Assembly: GCA_051294905.1 (NCBI GenBank)
Contig: CM119371.1
Location: forward strand, 33,048,001-33,112,000
DNA length: 64,000 nucleotides
Direction of reading: 5' to 3'
Origin: Botryllus schlosseri
Taxonomy: Eukaryota
Notes under the pieces: generated by a model
The model's input: the letters and a program-made list of their open reading frames with translations, nothing else
Databases searched by the model: none
Told to the model about the DNA's origin: nothing
Part shown: in pieces, positions 52,453 through 64,000 of the stretch
How positions within the stretch are numbered: position 1 is the first letter of the stretch
Layout: each line of letters starts with the position of its first letter
Made by a program: the position numbers and the translations under genes

Positions 52453-52628
52453 ATCTGTTTCCTCGATATAAAGTGGACGTACGACCGTACAAAGTAACTA
52501 AAGCAGGAGCTGAATGCCTATGTTTTCTTGGTTCAGAATTTTTGCTCAGGCATCACACTTTCCAGCAGCCGTAGCATTGAAAACGACACACCTCAAGTTA
52601 GCACCACAATATCGCTGTGGTTCCCAGC

Positions 52629-52820
52629 CAATGTTCCCTCTAAGCTGCGCACGTGCTCAAATGCGCAGTGCTCACACGGTCTCTGCGCACAGAAAATTTA
52701 AATTGCGCACAAGAAGTTCGAAGTGATGACCTTTTTTAGTCGGTAAACACTGTTGTTCAAGGGTCTGCGCAGTGAGTTGGTGAGTGTGCACAGACTTGTC
52801 AAAAATTAGAGGGAACATTG
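52629..52820. mobile_element. 192-bp MITE
   Basis: TIR CAATGTTCCCTCTAA; TSD TTCCCAGC. Confidence 0.9.
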
Positions 52821-54319
52821 TTCCCAGCAATGATCAACGGCATCTTATTAACAATTTGCAGAGACAACGCACTGTTCGCCGACGACTGCGTCATTTGGAA
52901 GTGTGAGCGTGAAGTACAAACTCTTGTCTTGAATACACAGAAAACAGTTATGTATCAGTGACATCAAAGATTTTGGAAAGACCTCACATACTTCAAATCT
53001 AACGATTTCAACGATCACTGTCGGATGTCGCTGTATACCAGGGGCGAGAAACTTCTCCAATCGGCGGGACGGGTCCCTGAATCGATGTATAAATCGCGTA
53101 TTTATCCACCTATGCAAGGAACAAATCATATTTAAGGTGAAATTTAGGTTTAAACTAAAGGATCAAAACCAAAAAGAGTATTTAATGAATATTTAACGCA
53201 CTCTACTTCAACAACCGTTGAAGTCAATGAGACATCTGTGGTCGATCAAAGTTGTATGCAAGTTCTTTTAACTCCGGCTCCGTGCCGGACGTGGAGACCC
53301 TTAGTAAAGACTGCACGTAAACATGAGTTAGATTGGGACGCAGCTTTTCCTTGTCAATGTACATGATCGACAATATTTGCTCGAGAATGTATGTAGTGTA
53401 CACCCAATCAGAACAAATATAGATTCAAGTTCATCCTTCTCAGGTTGGCTAATTTGGATTCATTCAGTTACGCAAAAAATTTGGCCATGTTTCAGGTTGG
53501 AATTTCTCTTTCGGGGTAGAATCTGTCTACGGGCTGCTCAAAATCCAGTCGCGGGCCGGATTCGGCCCGCGGGACGTAAGTTGCCCTCTCCTGGTGTATA
53601 CGGACGATAGTAATATCCATTTTACCGGCTGGTTCTAATATATGGGAGTAACATGCAATAGGACAACATATCTACAAAGTAGTATCGGGAGGTAGCAAGC
53701 GCGTTAATATGACAGGCTACAATTTACGTATAAAATTAGAATCTGATCACTCATTGATTCCCAGATGACGACGTATTGTTTTGCAACAAAAGGGTGTCTG
53801 ATCAAAATCCTGACAACTGAATACACTGCTCTGCGTATAATATATATGATATATGAAGTATCCTATCAATTTGAGATGTTCAAGTATCATGCAATGATAT
53901 TCCGTTATACATCGTAGGTTGACCTACACGTGATTATTTATTTTTGTGTTCGGGATGTGGATGTCACCTATGCAGATGGACCAAACTGTGAATTACCACC
54001 CAACCCAACCGTCCCGACAATCGAGGGCCCGTGACATCAGATACATAATGTATCATTAGCATTTAATGCCATCACCCGACGTCAATCTCACGGGAATACA
54101 TATATTATTAAGGACTATCCTGGCTAAACACAAGGTTATAATTATCTTAATGTTCGAGGCCTTGTTTGTTTGCATGCATGTGATACGATATGATATATTA
54201 TTCCTAATGATTTGTAACTACTTTATTTGTTCGTAAAGGTCAAGGCCCTTAGAGGCGAAAAGCAACACGTTATACCTTAATACAGTGGCTACCAACCTTT
54301 GTTCTTCATTCTCAACTTT

Positions 54320-54606
54320 GGATTTGTTTGATTGTGGAATTCATGGTGTTTGTCAACTACAACGGTTATGCACACCAGGCCGATTTTTTTCATATTATTT
54401 CGTATCTTTCCACTTGTAGCGCGACTAAATTCTCGGCTTCTTGTAAGACACCGCGTATGCGGATCACATGGCGAGGAGAAGCCTATAGATAAACCTCCAA
54501 CACATAGGTAGGAATTCTAGAGTCGACCTCGATCGGACTCGAACCGGCAACCCATTGGTGTTGCAACTGTGGATTAGGCCTACACCACTTCGCTATCTCG
54601 CCACCA
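54320..54606 (-). mobile_element. tRNA-derived SINE
   Basis: Minus strand A box TAGCGAAGTGG, B box GGTTCGAGTCC; body and tail similar to 56173-56460. Confidence 0.7.
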
Positions 54607-55091
54607 CTTCGGATATATTGCGGTTCTCCATTTCCCACAGCCTGAAATCTCTATCAACCGTTTAAAAATGCTCCTTGCAATAAAATTTAGTCGTACTTAA
54701 AAAAAGGACTTGCTATAGCTGAAAGCTGAGTCCCAGAATTAAAATAACACGGAATAACATTACCGGAGCAGTGAACTGTGAACTGTGACGTGAACTTGGT
54801 GAGGCTTCTTTGTAAATATGTATGCACTCTGGCGTGTAGCGAACAGAAAATTTGGATAGGTTTGAAAATGTTCCCAATGTAGCGAGGTAGCGTCAATTTA
54901 CAAACGTAAATGCCGATAATACAAGTAGGAGGGTATTTCAATCACTTGATTTCTAGCCTGAAAGAACAGCATCAATGTGGAAGATCGCGTGCTGTTGACC
55001 AGTTCATTGGAGGGGTTGATTTGAATTGCTAAATTACAAATGAGCTAAGAAATAATAGAGTTCTGATTGACATTTTAAAAGGACCTTTAAT

Positions 55092-56750
55092 CAGGGTTGC
55101 CATCGACATGGATCCAAAAATAAGGACTGACGAAAAATTAGACGAGCATTAAAAACCGTTTTTGTACATAGTTTGTATTTATACGAGACGTGGCAAATCA
55201 CATTCCATACTTTTCGCCAAAAACAATCTGCTCCAGCAACTCCTAGTCATTGTGCTTCATGGATCTCACGACAGCTCAGGGCTCGGTTTACCGTTACTGA
55301 GGGTTGAAACAGCACTTCGTCAGCCATCCCCAAAAACGTGTTGGTCATGACTCCCATAGGGTGACAAACAAGACGTTTTCACCCTGTGATTAGACACGTC
55401 AACCAAGATGGAAATAGCCGTGCACCAAGTTTAGAGAAAATCACTTTTGAGCGCAGGGAGCGATAAATATCAGTAACAATCCTTGTAGTCTTGGTCCTGG
55501 CCGAAGCAAACTTCTTTGCAATGTTGGAATCGGAGAATATTGCTTTGAACAATTGTGATATGAAATCGTTGGTGACGAACGATTCAGGTGTTGACAGTAT
55601 GGAATGCCCAGGTACCATCAGCAGCAGCTACCTTGTAGTCTGTGGTCGTTGTTGCGTGCTGATCGACTTGTCAAATAATTATTCATCGACTGACTCGAAT
55701 TAATCATTATGACACAATTCTTGTGTTTTGGGGTATCAATGCGAGTTGAAATAGCGGTATTTCCTATGGCCTGCAGGCTATGTCACAAATGCAGATATTG
55801 CAATGCGCGAAACACTCGCCCTTCAAGCTTCGTTAGAAACCTTTGAATTCTCTCTCATAATCGTCACCAAAAACGTTTCACGCCTGCTCATTTTAACTGA
55901 TCAGATTTAGCCTTATTACTAGCTAAAACTATATGTGTAATAATTTAAATCAATTTATCACGGACTTATAGCTTTACTACTTTTTAACCCAACTGTCGAC
56001 TTACTCGAGAGCACTGCACCTTTTTTCACTGCGTAATAAAAATGCTGCCTTCCCCACATCTTATTCTGCTGTAGACTAGACAGCATCAGGAACATGCTAA
56101 AAAGAGGTCCACCGTGATAGCTTGGTACAGCCGAAACTGCTCTACCACCACTCAGACTCACTGCCCTTGTACGTGGCGAGTAAGCGCAGTGGCTGCAATA
56201 CTAATAGGTTGCGGGTTCGAGTCCGACCGAGGTCGGCTTCAGAATTCATATAGGCCTACCTCAGCGTTGGAAGTTTATATAGACTCCTCCTCCTCGCCAC
56301 CTCATCCGTTTCAGCGGTGTCTTACAGAAAGCCTAGAAGTGGGCCGTGTTATAAGTCAGCAGTTACGAACTAAAAATGAAGAATATGGACCTGGTGTGAA
56401 TGACCATAGTATTCGACAAACACCATGGATACCTAAAAACAGTCAGACAGACACACTGCCCTAGCTATCCCACCACTTAAAAGCGAAATCATGTGGTGTG
56501 TACGTCACGAGAGCTCCTTTCATATATGATGTCATAATATCTCTACGACAATGGATAATTTTAGAATATTATGCAACACAAATACCAGAGAAAAACGATC
56601 AAATTTCTGTGATAGTTGAAAATAAGACAAAATAAGGACGCAAGTCGAAAATAAGGACATTTCTTAAAAATAAGGACAGTTAAGTTTTCTAAGACGTGGC
56701 CCTTCAAAATAAGGACAAATCTTAGAAATAAGGACGGTATGGCAACCCTG
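55092..56750 (-). mobile_element. Internally deleted hAT element with transposase remnants
   Basis: TIR CAGGGTTGCCAT; TSD CCTTTAAT; AAATAAGGAC subterminal repeats; remnant DFISQLFKAIFSDSNIAKKFASARTKTTRIV and a BED-finger-like FAHCNIC. Confidence 0.85.
56173..56460 (+). mobile_element. tRNA-derived SINE inside the hAT element
   Basis: B box GGTTCGAGTCC; same body and 3' stem-loop as 54320-54606. Confidence 0.7.
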
Positions 56751-56943
56751 CCTTTAATAAAGGTGTATACTACTGTTCAGAATTATTTTTACTAGTGCGT
56801 TTATTCCTCGCCGGTAACCCCGATTAGGAACCGCTGCCTTTGTATAATTATATGTATTGATAATATTATCAAAACCATTTGAATAGCATGTTACTCGAGG
56901 ATACCTGATCTTCGATATAAAAATACATACTTATCAAAATCAA

Positions 56944-57173
56944 TTGAATAGTATATTCATATTGAAATGAACCCGAATATTTTCGGCTGACACTCGCCGG
57001 GGGCAATCATCAGCAACTAGTAGAGAATTAAAAACAACACCGTATATATTTCGAATTCTCTACTAGTTGCTGACGATTAACCCTGACGAGTGTCAGCCCA
57101 AAATATTCGAGTTCATTTCAATATGAATATACTATTCAATTGCATATTGAAGTTCTGTACCTCCAAGAAGCTG
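56944..57173 (+). mobile_element. Penelope-like insertion with inverted 5' segment and two hammerhead-like motifs
   Basis: 13-bp TSD TTATCAAAATCAA (56931-56943, 57174-57186); ~90-bp inverted repeat; hammerhead-like cores at 56970-57004 (-) and 57079-57113 (+). Confidence 0.65.
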
Positions 57174-58579
57174 TTATCAAAATCAAGAAGAGAGATCTAT
57201 TCATTCTCACGAAGCGAAGAGTGATGTATTAGACCTGCCGTTTGCAGGATTATGCCGAGTCAAATAGACAACGATTGAAATTGTTTGTTCTGTATTTGGT
57301 TGCAATTATGAACGACCTCACAACATCTGCGCAAGTTCATCACGTGAGTTGGGAATTGTTTCCGGAGTCGGACAAACCCGTCTGGCGCGATGCAGGAGTT
57401 TTAGATTTGTTTTGTGCTCATTTCTATATTTAATATCATTTTTAATATTTGATATTGAAGTGTGCACGGCGGTTATTGTGTAAGGCGCATTTCATTGCAG
57501 TGAGCTGGTAACGCAATCGATAAAATCATATTTATTGCATGATGTCAAGAGGTTTTCAACTGTTCTGTACAACCATATAACTTCTCACGAAAGAGGTATC
57601 AGGAGATATAAAGGATAACGCAGGGATAACGAAGCATTATGAATAAAATAAAGGGAGCATAGAAATATGTTAATTAATATCGTTGTGGCGCCTATACTGG
57701 GACATTGCTTTTGTGACTTGTAACTTTGATCAATCGCTCAATCATTGTACTTTGTCCGATTACATGGTTTGCAAATAAAGATGTTACTATTACAAAGCTG
57801 ACATGGCCTGTCATTTTATAAATTACTATAGCCTTGATAATAATAAAGATAGGATATTGATTTGGAGGTAATACTCTGGTATTCGTGGACTGGACTGCCC
57901 CGCAAGCGATAAAATTGCTTGAATTAGGAGAGCAACCTAATTTATTTTCACATCCGTCCATTACGGAATATGCAATTCATAGCAATATGCTAGTGAGCTA
58001 ATTTTATAGGTATTAATTAGAAAAGTTCTGAAAAAGATCCTCTGAAATTCTGCCTGAATAATAGTAGTCGACGGAGTTTGCAAAGTGTGCATTGTCTCAT
58101 AGTTTTAAACATTAAACGAAAATTTGGAGCATTATTTAAGGGAATTGAAAACTTCGTCACAAGCGTGGACTACAACGCATGAGCAGTCTTGTCTTGGCTG
58201 GATAGGCCATCGGATACGACCTGAAAAAGGTTGGGAAGTACTGTGATGATAAAAACTACCGTTGAACTTCGTTGATATTGAATGAAGTTACGAAGTCGTC
58301 AACTGTATCGATGACTCTGGATTTTTCGCACGTAGAGAGATCTAAGTAAACGATTCTGTATAAGTGAGATGTACCTTTGCAGTGTCCCGTGTCTTGTAAG
58401 AATCTGCGTTGAATTTGATGACTGCAATTCGTATCTGACGCTGAAGGATTAATTGATTGAGGGATTGAATAACTGCTAGTGCGAATATTCATATTGTCAG
58501 ATTGCTTGTGTAACTCCCTTCATTGCAGCCCTTGCGTCTAATACACCATAGCGATTAGATTTCGGCTCGGCTGTGACAT

Positions 58580-58930
58580 TAGTGCGGAGCATGGACCGGA
58601 GGCGGATTGGATATCCGGCCGGATTTTTTCAATTTTTGCCGGACCGGATCGAAGCCGGATCAGTACTTTTTATAAGGCCAGAATCTTTATGGATAAGCAT
58701 GACGTTTGTAACTAAATAACTATACCAACCAACAACACGCAAGTAACCGCCAAGCCAGTGCGAAAAGAAACGAGTCATATTTTTAAATTCACGTAACCAC
58801 CGTACCATGTTGGAACGGATTTCCGGCAGGACTTTTTCATTTTTGGCCGGAGCCGGATCGGAGCCGGGCCAAAGGATTGGTATACCGGATCGGAGCCGGA
58901 CCAGAGAATTTGTCGATCCGCTCCTCACTA
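58580..58930. mobile_element. MITE with CCGGA subterminal repeats
   Basis: TAGTGCGGAGC...GCTCCTCACTA; no clean TSD. Confidence 0.55.
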
Positions 58931-59146
58931 CTGGCTATGGATCCGCCAATGCGTTGGAACTGATATTTTAGTCATTACATCTCAGGTGTTGCGGCCAGAC
59001 TAATCAAATTTTTGGTTGGCCTTGCCAGTTCTCAATCTGTGCAATTCGTTTTTGCATAATATTACTAATTTCAGAAATTACCTGGCGGGCATCTCAAAAC
59101 CTTCTCGAGGGCCACGGGTTGGCCGTCCCTGTTCTATCATGTACAA

Positions 59147-60420
59147 CAGTGGTTCTTAACCTTTTTTCTTCCAGCGCCCCCTTTCAAAAATTATCGTGCT
59201 CCAGCGCCCCCCAAACTTCATATTGTAAGGAATGTAATAAAGACAATGAGTAAGAGGGAGGGCCATAACAGCACTTCGTTAACCCCCCTAAAAACGATTG
59301 CCTTGCGCACCCATAGCGTGATAAAACGAACTTCTGAGGGCTTCGCCCCCACGAACCCCATATCGTGATTTTGATGGTCAGCAAAGTTTGTGTGGCCTGG
59401 TCGCCCTAGGTGCCAAAATTTTCCATGATGCATGAATGAATAGGTGGTAATTACATATATAAGTCGCTATAAACTTTTTATCCTCTCAGCCCACGTAATC
59501 AGATTTACCAGTAGCACTGAGTGAGCTGTTGTATAGGAAAATAAAGGGCACGTAATTAATAATTAAACATATTCGGGCGTGCTCGCAGGTACAATTATTC
59601 GTTACCAGGGCCGTAACAGCACTTCGTCAGCCCCCCCCCCCCCAAACAAAAAACGTTGGTACTGGGCCCCCATCGGGTGATAAACCAAACTTCCGGGGGA
59701 CTTCACTCCCAGACCGCCAGTAGGCTGTCCGCTATTTGCTGATAGCCTATTAGGTATTTACATTGGGTGTCCATTTACTGAGGCAGCTATTCTCGCCTAT
59801 TCGCGCGAAGTGCGAAAAATTTCACTAATTAATGATTGAATTGGTCAATATCATCGGGAATTGCATGTAAATTGAGATCAATTTTTATCCTCTCTCTGCT
59901 CACGTAAACACATTTACCGGTAGAGCTGAGTGAGGTGCAATGTTCCCTCTAAGCTGCGCACGCGCGCAGTGCTGACACGGTCTCTGCACACAGAAAATCT
60001 ACGTTGCGCACAACAAATCCGGAGTTATTACCTTTTTTTAGTCGTTACGCACTGTTGTCCAAGGGTCAGTGCAGTGAGTTGTTGAGTGTGCGCAGACTCA
60101 TCAAAACTTAAAGCGAACATTGTGAGGTTTCTTGGAAACTGTAGGGCCCGTTACTAGTAATTAAACATATTCGGGCGGGCGAACCCGTTGGTATGACTTC
60201 GTTGCATGATGTTATTTCGTGACCCCCTGTCTGCAATATCAAAAAATATAGAATCGCTCAACGGGGATATCGCCCAACAGCAATATCCCTGTCGCCCAAT
60301 CTTACTAAACTAAAAGACGCACACGATTTCAGATTGGTATTTCTTCACTGACATATAATTTTTCCCTGCCAGATAGAATTGGTTTTCTGGGGTTCAGATT
60401 GCCAAGACAGGAACATTCGG
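59147..60420. mobile_element. Truncated inverted copy of the 50488-52294 element
   Basis: Starts CAGTGGTTCTTAACC; colinear until ...GAACATTCGG. Confidence 0.85.
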
Positions 60421-60813
60421 TTCACATGAGTCTCGTCTTTATCACGACAAAGTTCAATGAAGCGAAGCGGCTGCCGTCTTCTCACGCTTCAGCAGTAAAA
60501 TTCGTGAGATCCGCGGAGTGATTTACAACTTTTGTTTTCACATGACGCATTGACTTGACTTGACGCGGTTAACTACGGTGATGGGGACTGTTAAGATAAT
60601 TTTCGTTAGTTATGTATAAGTGATGCTGGCGTGATTTCTGCAAAGGCAGTTGATGAGACGTATTAGAATGCTGAAGTTGAGATCTTCGATTATTTTGCTT
60701 CAACTACGGAAAAGGCACCTGCGATGACGATGCTGTTGGAAAAAAAGAAGGTGCAGACCATATGATGTTCCTGTTCGTTTCGCAAAATTAAATTCTTATG
60801 CAAATAATTTACA

Positions 60814-62972
60814 GAGTGCAAAGTTATAGGTACGGTAATGTCCCGAATTATTCTGAGTATGATTGGATTGAGAACCTCCGCATGAGAAAGGAGACGTTTT
60901 ACGAGATCACGGAATTAGTACGCGAGGAAATGAGCCCAGGTGGGAACAATTTCGAAGATTATTTAAAGCATAAATTTGTTGATGAAAATCTAAGTAGAAA
61001 AATTTCAGCGCATCAATACTTGCATAATGTCCAGCAATCAAATCCTCTTTATAATTGTGGGACGGTATACGTCTCCATATTATGTCTCTATCACATTATT
61101 GATCACTGGTTATGGAAAACACTTGTTGTGCAAATGTTTAAAAACTCTTTACTTACAGATAGTGCATCTGTTCGTCCAGCAATACCACTGGAAATGCGTG
61201 TTGCCATTGCGATCTACAAACTTGGTTCCTGTGCAGACTGCAGAGTACCGATCAGTTGCAAACCTGTTTGGAGTAGGAATTTCTACTGTACAGAAGTTTC
61301 TAAAAATGTTAGTGAGTTTTATTCCATCAAGACTTATGTAGGCTGTAGAAATATAGCTATTTGCGATGCTGATGATTGCAATTTGGGATGCTGATGATAA
61401 TTGTGACTCTGAAGTGATTGTGTACCTTTTTACCATTTAAAGACTGGTAATCAATACCCAGAGTGGAATTGGTGGCAACGTCACGCGCAACTTTTCGTTC
61501 AATTACTTGATTATTTTATGCAAGAATCCGTTCTGTCACGCGCAACTTATTGCTGAAAACAACCACTGTTTCCAGTCTGGATCAATACCACCGACCTAAT
61601 TGTCACCGAGTACAACCGCAACACTGCGGTTCGAACGTGTTCAACTATAGATTACTAACCTACGGAGGTTAGTAGTCTATAGTTCAACGTTCGATGTCTT
61701 CTGGAATTATTTATGTGAAAGTATAAAAATCTAAACTTTGTTTGGAGAGCCCTTGTTACATGAAAGAAGAACATTGCAACGCTATTTTATTTTGCTATTG
61801 TAGGTTCTGCACTACCATATGCCTCAAATTACCGGACTTCATATTCCACCATCAGATGAGGAAGCCAAGGACATAGCACGGAGAATTGAAGTCAAATATG
61901 GTTTTCCTCAGATATATATTGTGCATTGCAAATATCTCACGGAAAATACCGTGTTTATAATGGTATAAATTTCTCGACAACACCTTCTCAATAAGTTAGT
62001 TTCTTGGCATTGGCCATGCTCGGTAATGTCCATTATCGGTGGTGGCCATTCTTAGTGGTGTCCATTCTCGGTAATGGTTTGCTCGGTGTTGGTATAGAAC
62101 TATTTATATATACACGAGTCTAATTATAGCACTATGTGTCCACGAGTTGACGTGCCCACCAACGCTGCCATTTTCTAGGTTCTCTGATGCATTGATGGCA
62201 GCCATATTCAAATCACCGCTCCAGTAAATGGCAAGCGAGATTATCAGAATAGAAAAAGATGAGAGTATATTGTATTGCAAGCTGTTGTTGATGACAATTA
62301 CTGGTGAGTTCCTTGAAAATTCGACCCTTCAAAGATGTGTGATTGAAACGTGATCGTAACAATTTCTGGGATAATAATGTCACCATGCCTGGAAGTTGTC
62401 ATGACGCCTTTATTTTCAAAAACTCGCGACTCTATGAAAGTATGAATTTGTTACCAAGGGTAGGTATCATGCTTTTGTTGTCATGCTGTACTTTGTCATA
62501 CGACTGTTGTTCCCTTTATCAGGCTCCAGTGCGAATAAACAACGTAGAGGTTCCATTGCTGATTCTAGGAGATCCTGCTTATCCTCTGCTGCCGTGGCTT
62601 CTAAAACCCTACACTGGGAGAAATTTGGACCATGCCAAAGAGTCATTTAATGCACATCTGAGCAGCGTCAGGATAGTGGTGGAAAATGCATTCGGAAAGT
62701 TGAAAGAACGCGGGCGCATCATTGGCAAGAGAATTGATGCAAGAATAGACCTGGCTCCTCAGATCATTGCAACATGCTGTGTTTTACACAATATTTGTGA
62801 GCGCTCCCACACCCCTATCAGTGGGTGGTTAAGCACTAATTATATTTCCTCCCAAATGATGCCAAATCTCTGATGTGTCCTCACCCTCTCCACAACTACC
62901 TAATGCAACGGAAGTCCGTCATGTGCTGACTGAACACATTGGCACAAATCTTCCGCTAAGACGTAGTATAAG
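60814..62972 (+). pseudogene. Intron-rich Harbinger transposase pseudogene
   Basis: Ordered fragments ENLRMRKETF, RVAIAIYKLG, YRSVANLFGVG, YGFPQ, CIDGSHI, NRK..SIVLQAVVD, PGSCHDA, GDPAYPL, FNAHLSSVRIVVENAFGKLK, CCVLHNICE separated by apparent introns; contains stops and frameshifts. Confidence 0.85.
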
Positions 62973-63431
62973 ACCTACTTTGTGATATACTACCTTGACA
63001 AATTTGCCAGTGACTCGCTCGTTAGTTGCCTTGATTTTTTTGTTCTGGTAATTGTTTCATATAATAGTCTTTTTCGGATATCGTATTTCGTGAACAGCCT
63101 GTCACAAAATTGACTTATCTGATTCCTTAGTATTGTCGCTCTGGTATGAATGTAGACTCGTAGAGCGTAGGCAGGGCAATGTTAGTACGTTTAAGAGATA
63201 CAGGAGACCTAGATAGGCATATGTTCTAGACTACGTTTTTGCCTTCTTAAGTATAACGAAGTGTAAGGCATTTGGAGTGCCAGACATTAAGAACAACCTG
63301 CTGGAGTGATGGTGGACGATCCAGAATTGTAACTTTAAGCTGTCATGTTACTCATTTCTGCCAGAAATTAAAGCCAATCTGTCTCTGCTTGATCTGTATT
63401 TGAGGTATATCTAACTAAATATCTTCGGATT

Positions 63432-63487
63432 TAGGCTATACTTGTACTTAACTCAAGATAGGCTATACTTGTACTTAACTCAAGATA
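63432..63487 (+). repeat. 27-bp direct tandem duplication
   Basis: TAGGCTATACTTGTACTTAACTCAAGA twice. Confidence 0.85.
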
Positions 63488-64000
63488 TAAGTACTGTTGC
63501 TTGTGAACTTCTTCGTAACAGATATATGCAACACAAGGTTTTATACTGCTTTTATTATATAAAAGTTATCCTAACAATACAATTTAACCTAAGTAAATAG
63601 CACACATAGAAAAAAATACACAAATTCATTCATGTGATAGCTCAAATCATCGGAGTGGCACCGTCGCTGTTCACGTGAAGGCAAAATTCACTTCAGTCCG
63701 TGGCCCATGTATATAGAAGAAGACAGTCGACTGTCGCGGTAGGACAACACGTGGTTGGTCGGAATCGCCCCAAAGTATATTGCCAGATCGTTGTTTTTGA
63801 GTTGGTCGAAATCATTGCGATGACTTCACACACCATGAGTAGAGCTCGGTACGGCGGAAATGTGACGATTGCCAATTCTGTAAAATCTCCACGATAGCAT
63901 GACGTCGAAAAGGGCATCGTAGTACAACTAAGACTAGCACAATTTAATGAATAGTAAAATACAATAACAAGCCTAGCAATAGGAGCCAGCAGGGTTGTAA

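Noticed and set aside
52840..53130. Possible LINE reverse-transcriptase relic on the minus strand
   Set aside because: Only a faint resemblance to the KAFD motif; not supportable by eye
63640..63920. Short ORFs on both strands at the window end
   Set aside because: No recognisable motif; cannot be assigned without downstream sequence

Overview
Eukaryotic (metazoan, probably invertebrate) DNA made almost entirely of transposons; no host gene could be supported. The dominant object is a 14,120-bp Polinton/Maverick-derived element (1833-15952) with AGTAGT...ACTACT termini and a perfect 6-bp AACCTT target-site duplication (TSD). It is built as a giant palindrome: two apparently identical 6,650-bp arms around an 820-bp spacer. 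No polymerase, integrase, ATPase or capsid ORF is recognisable, only adenain-like protease copies that are frameshifted or decayed. Next comes a complete two-gene PIF/Harbinger element (16762-28147, TTA TSD). It carries a spliced transposase and a convergent MADF gene, and the MADF gene is split by a foldback hATm-like element that holds further nested hAT elements. The rest of the window contains deeply nested hAT-type MITEs with 8-bp TSDs, tRNA-derived SINEs, Penelope-like fragments with minimal hammerhead-ribozyme motifs, a CCA-ended tRNA-Leu 3' fragment, and a second, intron-rich Harbinger transposase pseudogene (~60.8-63.0 kb). All family calls come from motif recognition by eye; no database search or alignment was run.
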